This document shows positions 27,576-39,557 of a stretch of 64,000 bases of DNA, piece after piece. The notes beneath the pieces are model-generated. The model was not told where the DNA came from. It saw only the letters and a program-made list of their open reading frames with translations, and did no database searches. Position 1 is the stretch's first letter. Every line of letters begins with the position of its first letter. Made by a program: the position numbers and the translations under genes. Source of the DNA: Candidatus Eiseniibacteriota bacterium. Lineage in GTDB: Bacteria; Eisenbacteria; RBG-16-71-46. The stretch spans positions 39,211 to 103,210 of the forward strand of contig JBGPFC010000011.1 of assembly GCA_041483195.1 (NCBI GenBank). Direction: 5' to 3'.

Positions 27576-28521
27576 GAAGACTCCCGCCGCGAAGACCGCC
27601 GCGCTCAAGGTGGGGCTGGTGTTCGACGTCGGCGGCCGCGGCGACAAGTCGTTCAACGACGCGGCCTATGCGGGGCTCGAGCGTGCGAAGAGCGAGCTCG
27701 GGATCGAGTTCCAGACGCTCGAGACCGGCGAGGGCGCCGATCGCGAGGCCGCGATGCGCCAGCTCGCGGCGAGCGGCTCGCAGCTCGTGTTCGGCGTGGG
27801 CTTCCTGTTCTCCGACGACATCAAGGCGCTCGCGCAGGAATTTCCCAACGTGAAGTTCGCGTGCGTGGACTACACCGTGAAGGAGGGCGAGGTGCTGCCC
27901 CCCAATCTCGCGGCGCTCACGTTTCGCGAGGAAGAGGGTTCGTACCTGGTGGGCGCGCTGGCCGCGCTGCTCACGAAGACCCACACGCTGGGCTTCGTCG
28001 GGGGCATGGAGATCCCGCTCATCAAGAAGTTCGAGGCCGGGTTTCGCGCGGGGGTGAAGGCGGTCGATCCGAAGACCCAGGTCCTCGTGAAGTACGCCGG
28101 CTCCACCGGCAGCGCGTTCAAGGATCCCACCAAGGGCAAGGAGCTGGGCCTCGCGGAGTATCACCAGGGCGCCGACATCATCTTCCACGCGTCGGGCTCG
28201 ACCGGCCTCGGCGTGTTCGAGGCCGCCCGCGAGCTGAAGAAGCTCGCGATCGGCGTGGACTCCGACCAGTACGACGAGGCGCCGGGATTCATCCTGACCT
28301 CGATGGTCAAGCACGTCGAGGTCGCCGTGTTCAACTGCATCCGGCAGATGCAGGAAGGGCACTGGACGGGCGGCATCCAGGTATTCGGGCTCAAGGAAGA
28401 CGGGGTCGGCTGGGTGTACGACGATCGCAACCAGCCGCTCGTCCCGGACGCCGTGAAGGCGCGGGTGGATTCGCTGCGCGACGAGATCGTCGCGGGCCGT
28501 ATCACGGTGCCTTCGCACTAG
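27490..28521 (+). CDS. BMP-family ABC transporter substrate-binding lipoprotein (nucleoside)
   Basis: Lipobox [35 protein letters not shown] and IGVDSDQ motifs; GGAG RBS. Confidence 0.92.
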   Translation: MPFRLTVRAAVALAALALLLSGCASKTTEKTPAAKTAALKVGLVFDVGGRGDKSFNDAAYAGLERAKSELGIEFQTLETGEGADREAAMRQLAASGSQLVFGVGFLFSDDIKALAQEFPNVKFACVDYTVKEGEVLPPNLAALTFREEEGSYLVGALAALLTKTHTLGFVGGMEIPLIKKFEAGFRAGVKAVDPKTQVLVKYAGSTGSAFKDPTKGKELGLAEYHQGADIIFHASGSTGLGVFEAARELKKLAIGVDSDQYDEAPGFILTSMVKHVEVAVFNCIRQMQEGHWTGGIQVFGLKEDGVGWVYDDRNQPLVPDAVKARVDSLRDEIVAGRITVPSH

Positions 28522-28546
28522 AGCGCGCGGAATTCCAGGAATCCTC

Positions 28547-29464
28547 GTGAGCCCCCCCGCCGCGCCGGAGTGGACCGACCTGGGCGGCGGCATCCGGGTG
28601 CGCCAATCCCGCGCGTACTGGATGAACAGCGCGCTGCTGATGCACACGGAGCACGCGATCCTCGTGGATCCGGGCGTGCTCCCCTCCGAGCTCGACGACA
28701 TCGCGCGCGCGGTCGCGGAGGCGAAGCCCGACGCGATCACGCTGCTCCTCACCCATGCGCACTGGGATCACGTGCTGGGGCGCCCGTGGTGGCCGAAGGC
28801 GGAGGTGATCGCGCACGACGCTTTCGCGGCGGAACTGAAAGGCGGCCGCGCGCGCGTGGAGCAGGAGGCGGCGCGGCTCGCGGCCGAGCACGGCGAGCGC
28901 TGGCCCGCGCCGTTCGCGCCGTTCCGGCCCGGCCTCGCGGTGAGCGGGCTGCATTTCACGAAGATCGGGCCGTGGCGCGTGGTATTCCGCGACGCGTTCG
29001 GCCACTGCGACAGCCAGCTCAGCATGCATCTGCCCGAGGCTCGCGTGCTGTTCGCGGCCGACATGCTGAGCGACATCGAGATCCCGATGCTGAACCGGCC
29101 GGCCGCGGACTACCGCGCCACGCTCGAGGCCCTGGTGCCGCTCGCCGCGCACGGCGCGATCGAGACGCTGGTGCCCGGCCACGGCTCGATCGCGCGCGGG
29201 GCGGACGCCGTGCGCGAGCGGCTGGCGCGCGATCTCGGCTACCTGGAAGCGCTCGAGTCGCGCGCGCGCGACGCGAAGCGGCGGGGGCTCGACCTCGAGC
29301 GCGCGCAGGAGGAGCTGAGCGCGATGGAGTACACCGGCAAGCGCGCCGCTTACTCGATGGTCGATGTGCATCGGCGCAACGTGCGACACGCGTACGAAGC
29401 CGCCGGCCCCAGGCCGCGGGCGGCATCGAAGCGGCGCGCGGCATCGAAGCCGCGCGCGCGCTGA
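28547..29464 (+). CDS. MBL-fold metallo-hydrolase
   Basis: LTHAHWDHVLG, FGHC, LFAADML and VPGHG motifs. Confidence 0.85.
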   Translation: MSPPAAPEWTDLGGGIRVRQSRAYWMNSALLMHTEHAILVDPGVLPSELDDIARAVAEAKPDAITLLLTHAHWDHVLGRPWWPKAEVIAHDAFAAELKGGRARVEQEAARLAAEHGERWPAPFAPFRPGLAVSGLHFTKIGPWRVVFRDAFGHCDSQLSMHLPEARVLFAADMLSDIEIPMLNRPAADYRATLEALVPLAAHGAIETLVPGHGSIARGADAVRERLARDLGYLEALESRARDAKRRGLDLERAQEELSAMEYTGKRAAYSMVDVHRRNVRHAYEAAGPRPRAASKRRAASKPRAR

Positions 29465-29489
29465 GCGCGCCACGGCGGCCGCGCCCCGC

Positions 29490-30257
29490 TCACCGATACA
29501 GGCTCTTCAACGCCCCCCAGGTGCGATTGAGGGCCGGCGTCGGGCAGGTGCCGCCGGTGCATAGCTCAGGCGACCCCGGCCCCGGGTCGGTATAGGAAGC
29601 GAACTCCGCGCCCTGCCAGCTCACGACGTTCCGGAGGGCAGGATTGCCCAGGAAGGTGCTCCCCCCCACCGAGTTCGGGTTCTGCGTCAGCCTCACGGAA
29701 TTCAGAACGATGCACATGCCGGCCTGACATCCCGCGCACGAGCCGCCACCCACGCTCTTCGCGTCGTCCATCGTGATCTTGAACGAGTAGGTCTCCTGTC
29801 CCTCGGGAACCGGGCCGGCCTCCTCCCTATGGATCGCGCAGATGACCTTCATGCGCACGCGGTTTGCCCCGCTGAACCCGATCGAGTAATTCCACGCACC
29901 GAGCGCCCGGCCCGCCCAGGAGTCGAGACAACTGGCGGGGCCGGACGTGAAGTCGAACGACAGGCTCACGGAATTCTGGCGGCACGTTCCGGCGTTCTTG
30001 AACTGCCACCAGTCGGGGACCGTCGGGCACGCCGCCAAGAAATCGATCACGATCTCATTGCCGTTGAGCGAATCGATTCCCGCCGGCGCGACGAACGAGC
30101 CCACGAGGGTGTGGGCACCGGCATTGGTGAGGCAGGCGGACATTTCGTTAGCCGCCCCGAAGGCACCGCAGTCATTCCAAGAAAGATTGATGCCCGCGGC
30201 AGCCGCGGGGGCAGCCGGGCACAATATCAGCGCGAGCAACAGCAGGTGGCGCGACAT
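29490..30257 (-). CDS. Secreted Cys-rich hypothetical protein with C-terminal TWGxxKxxYR tail (family copy 1)
   Basis: Signal peptide; GINLSWNDC...PDWW...CR...SCAGC...CIVLNSV; ends PALNRTWGALKSLYR. Confidence 0.85.
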   Translation of the reverse strand: MSRHLLLLALILCPAAPAAAAGINLSWNDCGAFGAANEMSACLTNAGAHTLVGSFVAPAGIDSLNGNEIVIDFLAACPTVPDWWQFKNAGTCRQNSVSLSFDFTSGPASCLDSWAGRALGAWNYSIGFSGANRVRMKVICAIHREEAGPVPEGQETYSFKITMDDAKSVGGGSCAGCQAGMCIVLNSVRLTQNPNSVGGSTFLGNPALRNVVSWQGAEFASYTDPGPGSPELCTGGTCPTPALNRTWGALKSLYR

Positions 30258-30402
30258 TTCCTTGAGGACCGGCGTGACTGAATGGCCGGGGGGTCCGGCG
30301 GGAATGATACTCCTCAGGACCGGGCGAACAGCGGCCCGATTCGCGATACGAGCTCTTCACCTCGCGCCGCGACTCCGCGCCATCCTCACCGCGAATCTGC
30401 GG

Positions 30403-31269
30403 CTAGCGGTAAATGCTCTTGATCGCCCCCCACGTGCGATTGCGCGCCGGCACGATCGAACACAGGTCGCCCGCGGAGCCCTGCCAGCGGATGCAGCGGT
30501 TCGAGGCCGTGTCGGTCACGAGCTCGGACGCGTCCCCGTTCGGCCCCTCGAAGAGCTTCGCCGAGAGCAGCTCGAGCGTCGCCGGAATGTTGCATCCGCC
30601 GCAGCTGATCGGGCCGGTGGTCTTGAACGGGTAGAGCCTGAGCCAGAACAGCCGGTACTCGTTTCCGGCCGCGAGCGGCACCGCGCTTCCCGTCGAGAGC
30701 TCGACCAGCCCGTGGATCTGCGCGCTGTGCGAGCCGCCGAGCCGCGGGCTGGGCACGTCGTAGCTGGAGAACGTCACGCCCGCCTGCGCCTGCCAGGGAT
30801 CGATGCAGGTCGCGACGTTGAACACGCTGAAATCCGCGCTGAAGCCCAGGCTGTGTTCGCGGCACTCGCCCACGCCGAAGCGCCACCAGTCGGGCAGCGT
30901 GGCCGAGTTGAGCGAGACGTCCACCCGGAACTCGACGCCGTGCAGGCCGGCCGGCATGGGCTTCGACGTCACGAGCGAGCCGATCATCACGAAGCGGGTT
31001 CCGGTGCTCGAATTGCACGCCCAGCTCTGAAACGCGGTCCCGCCTTCCGGCCAGCACTGGTCCCATGAAAAATTGAGGGCGTCGGCGCGCGAGGGGCGAG
31101 GGGCGAGCACGGCCAGCGCGGTCACGAGCAGGGCGAGCGGCGCGATCGCGGCGCCCGCCGCGAGCGGGGCGCGCGCGCGCGGAGCGGGCGCGAGGCTGCC
31201 GCGCGGCGCGCGCGCCACCGCCCGAGTGACCTCGCCGAGGTGCACGATGGGAGACGAACCTGAGGCCAT
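30403..31269 (-). CDS. Secreted Cys-rich hypothetical protein with TWG tail (family copy 2)
   Basis: LNFSWDQC...LPDWW...CR...CIDPW...SCGGC; ends PARNRTWGAIKSIYR; TACAAT 9 nt before ATG 31269. Confidence 0.82.
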   Translation of the reverse strand: MASGSSPIVHLGEVTRAVARAPRGSLAPAPRARAPLAAGAAIAPLALLVTALAVLAPRPSRADALNFSWDQCWPEGGTAFQSWACNSSTGTRFVMIGSLVTSKPMPAGLHGVEFRVDVSLNSATLPDWWRFGVGECREHSLGFSADFSVFNVATCIDPWQAQAGVTFSSYDVPSPRLGGSHSAQIHGLVELSTGSAVPLAAGNEYRLFWLRLYPFKTTGPISCGGCNIPATLELLSAKLFEGPNGDASELVTDTASNRCIRWQGSAGDLCSIVPARNRTWGAIKSIYR

Positions 31270-31319
31270 GAGACATCCATTGTAGACGCGCGCGCCGCTC
31301 CCGGCTAGCCTCCGCCACC

Positions 31320-32839
<1,520 letters not shown>

Positions 32840-32843
<4 letters not shown>

Positions 32844-33922
32844 GCGCCGCGCCGGTCGCGGCACCCCTCGCCGCGCACGCCCCCGGCGTCTCGCGTGCCG
32901 CGCTGCTGCGCGCGAGCGCGCCGGTGATCGCGGTCGCGCTCGCGCTCGCGGTGGGGGCGGTCTTCATCCTCGCGATCGGCGAACACCCGATCGAGATCTA
33001 CGCGCTCATGTTCCGCGAGAGCTTCGGGACCGGCTACGGTCTCGGGCAGACGCTGTTCAAGGCCACGCCGTTGCTGTTCACCGGGCTCGCGGTCGCGCTC
33101 GGATTCCGGGCCGGCATGTTCAACATCGGGGTGGAGGGCCAGCTCTACCTGGGCGGCTTCGCGGCCGCCCTCGCCGGGCTCGCGTGCGCCTCGCTCGCGT
33201 GGCCCCTCCCGCTGGCGGCGGCGCTGATCGCGGCGGCCGCGGCCGGGGCGCTGTGGGGCGCGATCCCCGGGATGCTGAAGGCGCGGTTCGGCGCGCACGA
33301 GGTGATCAACACCATCATGCTCAACTTCATCGCGTTCGCGCTGGTCTCGTTCCTCGGCCGGCCGCGTTTCGAGCCGGCGACGGTGCGGACCGCCGAGCTC
33401 CCGGCGAGCGCGACGCTCGCGCGGCTCGACCTGCTGTGGCCGGCCCTCAAGGGATCGCCCGCCAACCTGTCGCTGCTGCTGGGCCTCGCGCTCGCGGTCG
33501 GGGTGGGCCTGCTGCTGTTCCGCACGCGGCTCGGCTACGAGCTGCGCGCGGTGGGGCTCAACCCCTCCGCCGCCGAATACGGGGGCATCGGAGTGGGACG
33601 CACGCAGGCGATCGCGATGGCGCTCTCGGGCGCGGTCGCCGGACTCGGCGGGGTGAACTTCGTGCTGGGCTACAAGCACTACTTCGAGCTCGGCTTCTCG
33701 GCCGGGGCCGGGTTCATCGGCATCGCGGTCGCGCTGATCGGGCGCAATCATCCGCTCGGCGTGATCGTGGCTTCCGTGTTCTTCGGCGCGCTCTCGTACG
33801 GTGGGCTGGTCATCAACCAGCGCGTGCCGAAGGAGCTGGTCGAGGTGTTGCAGGCGCTCGTCATCCTGCTCGCGATCTGCGCGCACGAGGCGGTCGAGCG
33901 CGCCGCGCGGCGGATGCGGTGA
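32840..33922 (+). CDS. Nucleoside ABC transporter permease
   Basis: FRAGMFNIGVEGQ, HEVINTIMLN and GFIGIAVALIGRNHP motifs. Confidence 0.9.
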
Positions 33923-34827
33923 TGGAGCTGCTCCTGTTCCTCGCGGCCGCTTTGCGCATCAGCGTGCCATACACCCTCGCCGCGATGGGCGCTTCGTTCA
34001 GCGAGCGCGGCGGCGTCATCAACATCGGGCTCGAGGGCATCATGTTGAACGGCGCGCTCGCCTACACGCTCGGCGCGTACTGGAGCGGCGACCCGTGGAT
34101 CGGCGTCGCGGCGGCGGTGCTGGCCGGGCTCGCGACCGCGGCGCTTCACGCTGCGGTCACGGTGGGGATGCGCGCCGACCAGATCACGAGCGGGCTCGGG
34201 ATCAACCTGCTCGCGATGGGACTCACGCGCTTCGTGCTCCGCCAGGTGTTCCACTCCTCGTCGAACTCGCCGCGCGTGGTCGGACTTCCGGATTGGAGCG
34301 CGTTCGGGCTGCGCGAGCTCCCCGCGCTCGGGCCGGTGCTCGCGACGCCGCTGGTGCTGCTCACGCTCGCCCTGATCGCCGGGAGTCAGTGGGCGGTGTT
34401 TCGCTCGGTGTTCGGCCTGCGGCTGCGCAGCCTCGGCGAGCGGCCAGAGGCCGCGGCTTCGCTCGGTCTCTCGGTCGGCCGCACCCGCACCGCCGGCGTG
34501 CTGATCTCGGGCGCGCTCGCGGGGCTCGGGGGCGCGTGGCTCGCGAGCGAACAGCACAGCTTCACCGACGGCATGACCGGAGGGCGCGGCTACATCGCGC
34601 TGGCCGCGATGATCGTCGGCAAGTGGAGCCCGCTCGGCGCGGCGGCGGCGTGCCTGCTGTTCGGCGCCGCCGAAGCGCTCCAGATCACGCTGCAGGGCTC
34701 CGGATTCCCCAGCGAGCTGTTGCAGATGTTGCCTTATGCCGTCACCATGCTCGCGCTGGCGGGCTTCATCGGGCGCGCGATCGCGCCGCGCGCGGTGGGC
34801 GTGCCGTACGATCCGGAGCGACACTGA
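33922..34827 (+). CDS. Nucleoside ABC transporter permease (second)
   Basis: SERGGVINIGLEGIML and GRGYIALAAMIVGKWSP motifs; TGATG overlap. Confidence 0.9.
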   Translation: MELLLFLAAALRISVPYTLAAMGASFSERGGVINIGLEGIMLNGALAYTLGAYWSGDPWIGVAAAVLAGLATAALHAAVTVGMRADQITSGLGINLLAMGLTRFVLRQVFHSSSNSPRVVGLPDWSAFGLRELPALGPVLATPLVLLTLALIAGSQWAVFRSVFGLRLRSLGERPEAAASLGLSVGRTRTAGVLISGALAGLGGAWLASEQHSFTDGMTGGRGYIALAAMIVGKWSPLGAAAACLLFGAAEALQITLQGSGFPSELLQMLPYAVTMLALAGFIGRAIAPRAVGVPYDPERH

Positions 34828-34828
34828 C

Positions 34829-35683
34829 GTGAGCGCAGCGCTGAGTCCCACCCACGATCTCGAAGCCCGCGTCGCGGCCGCGGTCGCCACCGTGCGCGCG
34901 CGCAGCGCGCTGGTGCCGCGGGTGGGTCTCACGCTGGGCTCCGGGCTCGGCGGCGCGATCGATCAGCTCCAGAGCGCCACCGTGATCCCCACCGCCGAGA
35001 TCCCTCACTGGCCGCGCTCGACCGTGCACGGGCACAGCGGGCGCCTCGGCCTCGGCCACTGGTCCGGGGTTCCGGTCGTGGCGCTCGCGGGACGCAGCCA
35101 TCGCTACGAGGGCTACCCGCTCGACCGCGTCACCTTCGGACTGCGCGTCATGCATGCGCTGGGCGCCAGGATGCTGGTGTTCACCAACGCGGTGGGCGCG
35201 ATGAATCCGGATTTCGAGCCGGGCGACCTCATGCTCGCCTCCGATCACATCAACTTCATCGGGAAACGCGGGCTGTTCACGCCTCACGAGCTGCGTGCTC
35301 GCCGCGCGGGACGCCGGGTCGCGTCATACTACAGCCCGCGGCTGCGCGCCGCGATCCGCGCGGCCGCCGCGCGCGCGCGCGTGCGTCTGCTCTCGGGCGT
35401 GCTGATGGGCGGGCTCGGCCCCACCTACGAGACTGCTTCCGAGGTGCGCATGGCGAGCGCGTTCGGGGCCGATGTCGCGTGCATGAGCACGGTGCACGAG
35501 GTCACGGTCGCGGCGGAGATGGGCTGCGAGGCCGCGAGCATCTCGTGCATCACCAACAAGGCGACCGGCCTCTCGGACCAGCCTCTCACCCACGACGACG
35601 TGACGAAGGTCGCGGACCGCGGCGCCGCCGCGCTGCGCGCGATCATCGGCGAGTGGCTGAAGGCGGAAGCGGCGAAGGACTGA
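34829..35683 (+). CDS. Purine-nucleoside phosphorylase (trimeric family, Asn type)
   Basis: LGSGLG, STVHGHSG, GRSHRYEG, TNAVG, GPTYET, MSTVHE and ITNKA motifs. Confidence 0.88.
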   Translation: MSAALSPTHDLEARVAAAVATVRARSALVPRVGLTLGSGLGGAIDQLQSATVIPTAEIPHWPRSTVHGHSGRLGLGHWSGVPVVALAGRSHRYEGYPLDRVTFGLRVMHALGARMLVFTNAVGAMNPDFEPGDLMLASDHINFIGKRGLFTPHELRARRAGRRVASYYSPRLRAAIRAAAARARVRLLSGVLMGGLGPTYETASEVRMASAFGADVACMSTVHEVTVAAEMGCEAASISCITNKATGLSDQPLTHDDVTKVADRGAAALRAIIGEWLKAEAAKD

Positions 35684-35711
35684 GGCCGGGGGACGACCGG
35701 GGCGGGTGCGC

Positions 35712-37487
35712 TCAGCGCAGCCGGAACAGATACAAGCACCCCGCGAGCACCGCGTCGGGCTTTCTGCGACGCAGCGGGCCGAAATCGATCCGCAGCCGCT
35801 CGGTGCGACCGTGCGGGGTCATCATCTTCTGGCCGAGCCCCACGAAGTAGTAGCTGCTCACCGCGAGCCACGCGCACTCGGGCCCCGGCGCGCCGCCCAG
35901 GTAAGGCACGTAGTCGATCCCGTACACCGCGGGATCGGTGGTGCCGTGGTAGGCGAGGTGGATCTTCGTGATGCCGCGTTTCTTCATTTCGTCGCGCAAC
36001 GCGATGAGCCCCTGGCCCCAGTCGACGTTCGAGTCGTTCACGATTTCGTAGCCGCCGCCCGTCCCGCCCGCGAGCCGGTTGAAGAACGCGAGATACCACG
36101 GCGCCGCGCTCAGGGTCTCGGCGCCCTGCGCCACGGCGAGCGCCACCGCGGCGACTGCGATCGCCTTCCGCCCCGCGCTCCGCGAGGATCGCGTGACGCC
36201 GGGGCGTGACGCGAGCAGGCCGCCGCACCACACGCAGAGCAGCGGCAGGATCGGGAACACGTAGCGGATGCCCACGTTGAGATCTGCGAGCGCGGCGCTC
36301 GCGAGCATGATCGCCGCCGGCAGCAGCAGCACGCTCTCGTTCCACACCCGCTTGCGCGAGAGCCGCTCGCGGGCGCGCCGCGCCGCGCGCAGGGCGATGA
36401 CGCCGATGAAGCCGAGCGGCCACTTCACCGCGAGCCCCACCGGGAAATAGCTCCAGATGCGGCCGGCTCGCTCCTCGCCGCGGAAGTACGCGTGCACGCG
36501 GCCCCCCTCGGCCAGGTACGACAGGTAGTCGAGCCCGCGCAGCGCCTGGTCCGGGATCGGCGGCCGCAGCGCGGGCAGCGCGCGCTGCAGGTGCTCGAAT
36601 CGTTGCGAGAAGAACAGGTCGTTCCGAAGCGGAGCGAGCGACGTCTGGTTCAGATAGCCGAGATCGAAGACGATCAGCGACGTCACCGGCAGGCAGGCGA
36701 GCACGAGCCACACGCGCCGCGCGCGGCGCAGGCGACCGAGCGCCATCGCGAGCGCGGCGAGCAGCAACAGGATGGGCCCGAGCTGGATCGCGCTGAAGCG
36801 CGTGAGCGCGGTGAGCCCGAGCGCGAGCGCGAGCCAGGCCGCGTCGCGCCAGCGCGTGGTGCGCGTGAAACGCCAGAACGCGAAGATGGAAGCGGTGAAT
36901 CCGAGCGCGGTGGCCATGTCGATGCCCGCGATCCCGGCGTGCGCGAGCGCCTCCGGCGCGAACGCGTAGAGCGCGAGCGCGAGCCGCGCGGCCCGCGGGC
37001 CGTACAGCCGGCTCGCGAAACGCCACACCAGCCATGCGAGCGCGAGCGAGAACAGGATCGCCACGAGCCGCGCCCCGAAGTAGAGCGCGTGGTAGCGCGC
37101 CGCGTTGAGGCGCATGAACGCCTCGCCGACGCCGGCCTCGCCCAGCAGCACCGTCGAATCGGGCGGGAGCCTCGCCCCCATCGCGAGCGCCGGCAGCGCC
37201 TCGAGCGTCTTCGCGAGCGGCGGCTGCGCGAACGAAGCCGCGTAGTTGGCCCGGGCCGCGATCAACGCGCCGGCGGGCACGTGGAAATTCTCGTCGAACG
37301 TGACCGAGTTGCGAGCGGCGCCCCACAGCGCGAGCGCCGCATGGGCCGCGAGCAGCAGCGCCACCCACATGTGCTCGCGCGGCATCCCGGCGGGCGCCGC
37401 CGCGCCGCCCACGCGCCCACGCCCGCTGCCCCCGAGTCCGGCACCGCCCCGGGCGTCGGCGCCGCGCTTCGCGGACGGAGCGATCAT
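35712..37487 (-). CDS. ArnT/PMT-like (GT-C) membrane glycosyltransferase
   Basis: SVTFDENFH...QPPLAK, multiple TM helices, GIRYVFP, YLAFFN...DSNVDWGQ; ATGA overlap with the upstream gene. Confidence 0.8.
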   Translation of the reverse strand: MIAPSAKRGADARGGAGLGGSGRGRVGGAAAPAGMPREHMWVALLLAAHAALALWGAARNSVTFDENFHVPAGALIAARANYAASFAQPPLAKTLEALPALAMGARLPPDSTVLLGEAGVGEAFMRLNAARYHALYFGARLVAILFSLALAWLVWRFASRLYGPRAARLALALYAFAPEALAHAGIAGIDMATALGFTASIFAFWRFTRTTRWRDAAWLALALGLTALTRFSAIQLGPILLLLAALAMALGRLRRARRVWLVLACLPVTSLIVFDLGYLNQTSLAPLRNDLFFSQRFEHLQRALPALRPPIPDQALRGLDYLSYLAEGGRVHAYFRGEERAGRIWSYFPVGLAVKWPLGFIGVIALRAARRARERLSRKRVWNESVLLLPAAIMLASAALADLNVGIRYVFPILPLLCVWCGGLLASRPGVTRSSRSAGRKAIAVAAVALAVAQGAETLSAAPWYLAFFNRLAGGTGGGYEIVNDSNVDWGQGLIALRDEMKKRGITKIHLAYHGTTDPAVYGIDYVPYLGGAPGPECAWLAVSSYYFVGLGQKMMTPHGRTERLRIDFGPLRRRKPDAVLAGCLYLFRLR

Positions 37488-39547
37488 AGTGCGCCGGCGC
37501 GCGCGAGGGCGGCGAGCGAGTCGCGCGCCTCGGCATTGTCGGGGAAGCGCCTCAGCTCGCGGCCATAAGCTGCGCGCGCGCCGGCGGGATCCCCGAGCCT
37601 CAGGTAGGCGCATCCGGTCTGGAGCTCGAGCCCGCGCATCGGGCCCGATACCACGCGCTCGTGCCCGAACTCGCGCAGCGCGTCGCGCGGGCGGCCCTGC
37701 TCGAGCGCGATGGCGCCGAGCCGCAGGTGCGCGCCGGCGCGGAAACGATCCAGCGCGATGGCGGCTTCCACCAGCTCGCGGGCATCGTCCAGGCGGTTCT
37801 CGAGCAGCGCGAGGTTGGACAGCATGATGAGCGCGCGCGAGTGCCGGGGCGAGCCGGCCACCTCGCGTTCGAGCTCGGCCGCGACCCGCGCGCGACGGGC
37901 GCTGTCGCGCGCGCAGGCGGCTCCCAGCGCCTCGATGGCGGCCATCCCGGCGGGCAGCTCGCGATACGCGTAGCCGCGCGCGATCGAGTCCAGCGTTCCG
38001 CCGCGGCGCACGAAGAGCACCGCCACGTCGTCCTTGAAGACCAGCGCCCACGTGGTGTCCGCGTCGAGGACGTCGAGCAGGCTGTCCTTCGGGGGCGACA
38101 GGCCGCTCAACACCGCATAGTCGAACCGATGGCGATGGTCCAGCTCGCGCCACGCGTCGCCGCGCTGCTGCGCGAACGCATAGAGATAGCGATCGACCGG
38201 GGTGCCGGCCTGGTGAATATCCATGAACGGCAGCCGCCCGGGGTCCGGCCAGAATCGGTAGAGCTGGTAGCCGGCGTTGCCGAACTGATTGAACCCGCGG
38301 CCGCGCACGTCGTGGGCCGCCATGAAATCGCAGGCCGCGACCGGATAGTTGCGCCAGTCCAGCCCGATCGCGAGCGGCAGCTCCTCGCGCGACCACTCGG
38401 GCAGCCCGATGACCACGCACGCGAGGGCCGCGAGCGCCGCGCGCGTCGCGCCGGGCGCGCGCGCGAGCCAGCCCGGACGCGCGAGGCACGAGTCCAGGTC
38501 GCGCGCCACGAACGGCGCGGCCAGCAGCGAGTAGAAACCGGCGAAGCGCTGCGTGTTGAGCGCAAGCGCCGTGAACAGCGCACACGCCACGAACTCGACG
38601 CGATCGAGGCCGCTTCGCCGCGCGCGCCACCCCACCAGCACCGGCCAGCCCACGAACAGCAGGGGCAGCCCGCTCTTCCAATTGACCGACCAATCCACCG
38701 GACGCAGCTCGCCGATGCTCAGGAACACCGGGTCGTTCCGGTGATGGAGGAAGAAATCGAAAGGCTGCCACAGCAGCCGCCACCCGAACGGATTGACGAA
38801 CGAGATGGCGAGCGCGGCCAGCCCGATCGCGAACAGGCGGCTCGCGCCGGCGCGCCTGCCGCGCGCCGCGGCGGCGCCGTGCCCGACCGGCGCCGCGCGC
38901 CGCGGCGGCGCGAGCCAGCCGTCGAGCGCGTGCAGCCCGATCAGCGTGAAGCCGATGAAGTACGAATTGTGGACGTTGGCCCACGCCCACTGCGTCGCGA
39001 TCAGCCACGGGGTGCGGTCGCGGCCGCCCGCGCGGCGCGTCTCGAGGATCCACACCGTGAGCGCGAGCAGCACCGCCACCAGCGTATCGGGTCTCGCCTG
39101 CGACCGCAGTCTCCAGGTGAGCGAGCACAGCACCATCACGATCAGCGGCAGGAATCCCCGCGCGCCCATCGTCCGGGCGGCCGCCCACAGCAGTCCGAAC
39201 GCCGCGAGCGTCGTGATCCATCGCCAGGCATAGAGGCCGAACACGCCGCCGTGCGCCCACACCGGCCACAGCAGCGCGCTGAAGCCCCACGTCCAGTTCA
39301 CGTCGGGCGCGCCGAGCGTTGGCCAGGTCCAGAGCTGGGTGGTCGGCACGCCGTGCAGGGTCCAGATCGCCTTGCCGACCACGAGGTTCTGCCACAGGTC
39401 GGGGTCGGCGATGCGGAAGCTCACCGACACCGTGATGCAGGCGGCGGCCACCAGCGCGGCCGCGACCAGCGGGAGCGTGAGCGGGGCCGGCGCGGCGCGC
39501 GGCGCGCTCTCGCCCCGTGCGCGCGGGGTCTGGGGGGCGGGACTCAA
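37484..39547 (-). CDS. Polytopic membrane protein (GT-C-like) with C-terminal TPR repeats
   Basis: DPDLW...GKAI luminal motif, many TM segments, WANVH, NPFG; C-terminal TPR-like helices. Confidence 0.7.
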   Translation of the reverse strand: MSPAPQTPRARGESAPRAAPAPLTLPLVAAALVAAACITVSVSFRIADPDLWQNLVVGKAIWTLHGVPTTQLWTWPTLGAPDVNWTWGFSALLWPVWAHGGVFGLYAWRWITTLAAFGLLWAAARTMGARGFLPLIVMVLCSLTWRLRSQARPDTLVAVLLALTVWILETRRAGGRDRTPWLIATQWAWANVHNSYFIGFTLIGLHALDGWLAPPRRAAPVGHGAAAARGRRAGASRLFAIGLAALAISFVNPFGWRLLWQPFDFFLHHRNDPVFLSIGELRPVDWSVNWKSGLPLLFVGWPVLVGWRARRSGLDRVEFVACALFTALALNTQRFAGFYSLLAAPFVARDLDSCLARPGWLARAPGATRAALAALACVVIGLPEWSREELPLAIGLDWRNYPVAACDFMAAHDVRGRGFNQFGNAGYQLYRFWPDPGRLPFMDIHQAGTPVDRYLYAFAQQRGDAWRELDHRHRFDYAVLSGLSPPKDSLLDVLDADTTWALVFKDDVAVLFVRRGGTLDSIARGYAYRELPAGMAAIEALGAACARDSARRARVAAELEREVAGSPRHSRALIMLSNLALLENRLDDARELVEAAIALDRFRAGAHLRLGAIALEQGRPRDALREFGHERVVSGPMRGLELQTGCAYLRLGDPAGARAAYGRELRRFPDNAEARDSLAALARAGAL

Positions 39548-39557
39548 GCGCGTGCGC

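Noticed and set aside
29420..29460. Short 18-bp tandem repeat at the end of the MBL gene
   Set aside because: Only two copies encoding a low-complexity basic tail; not a CRISPR or functional repeat array
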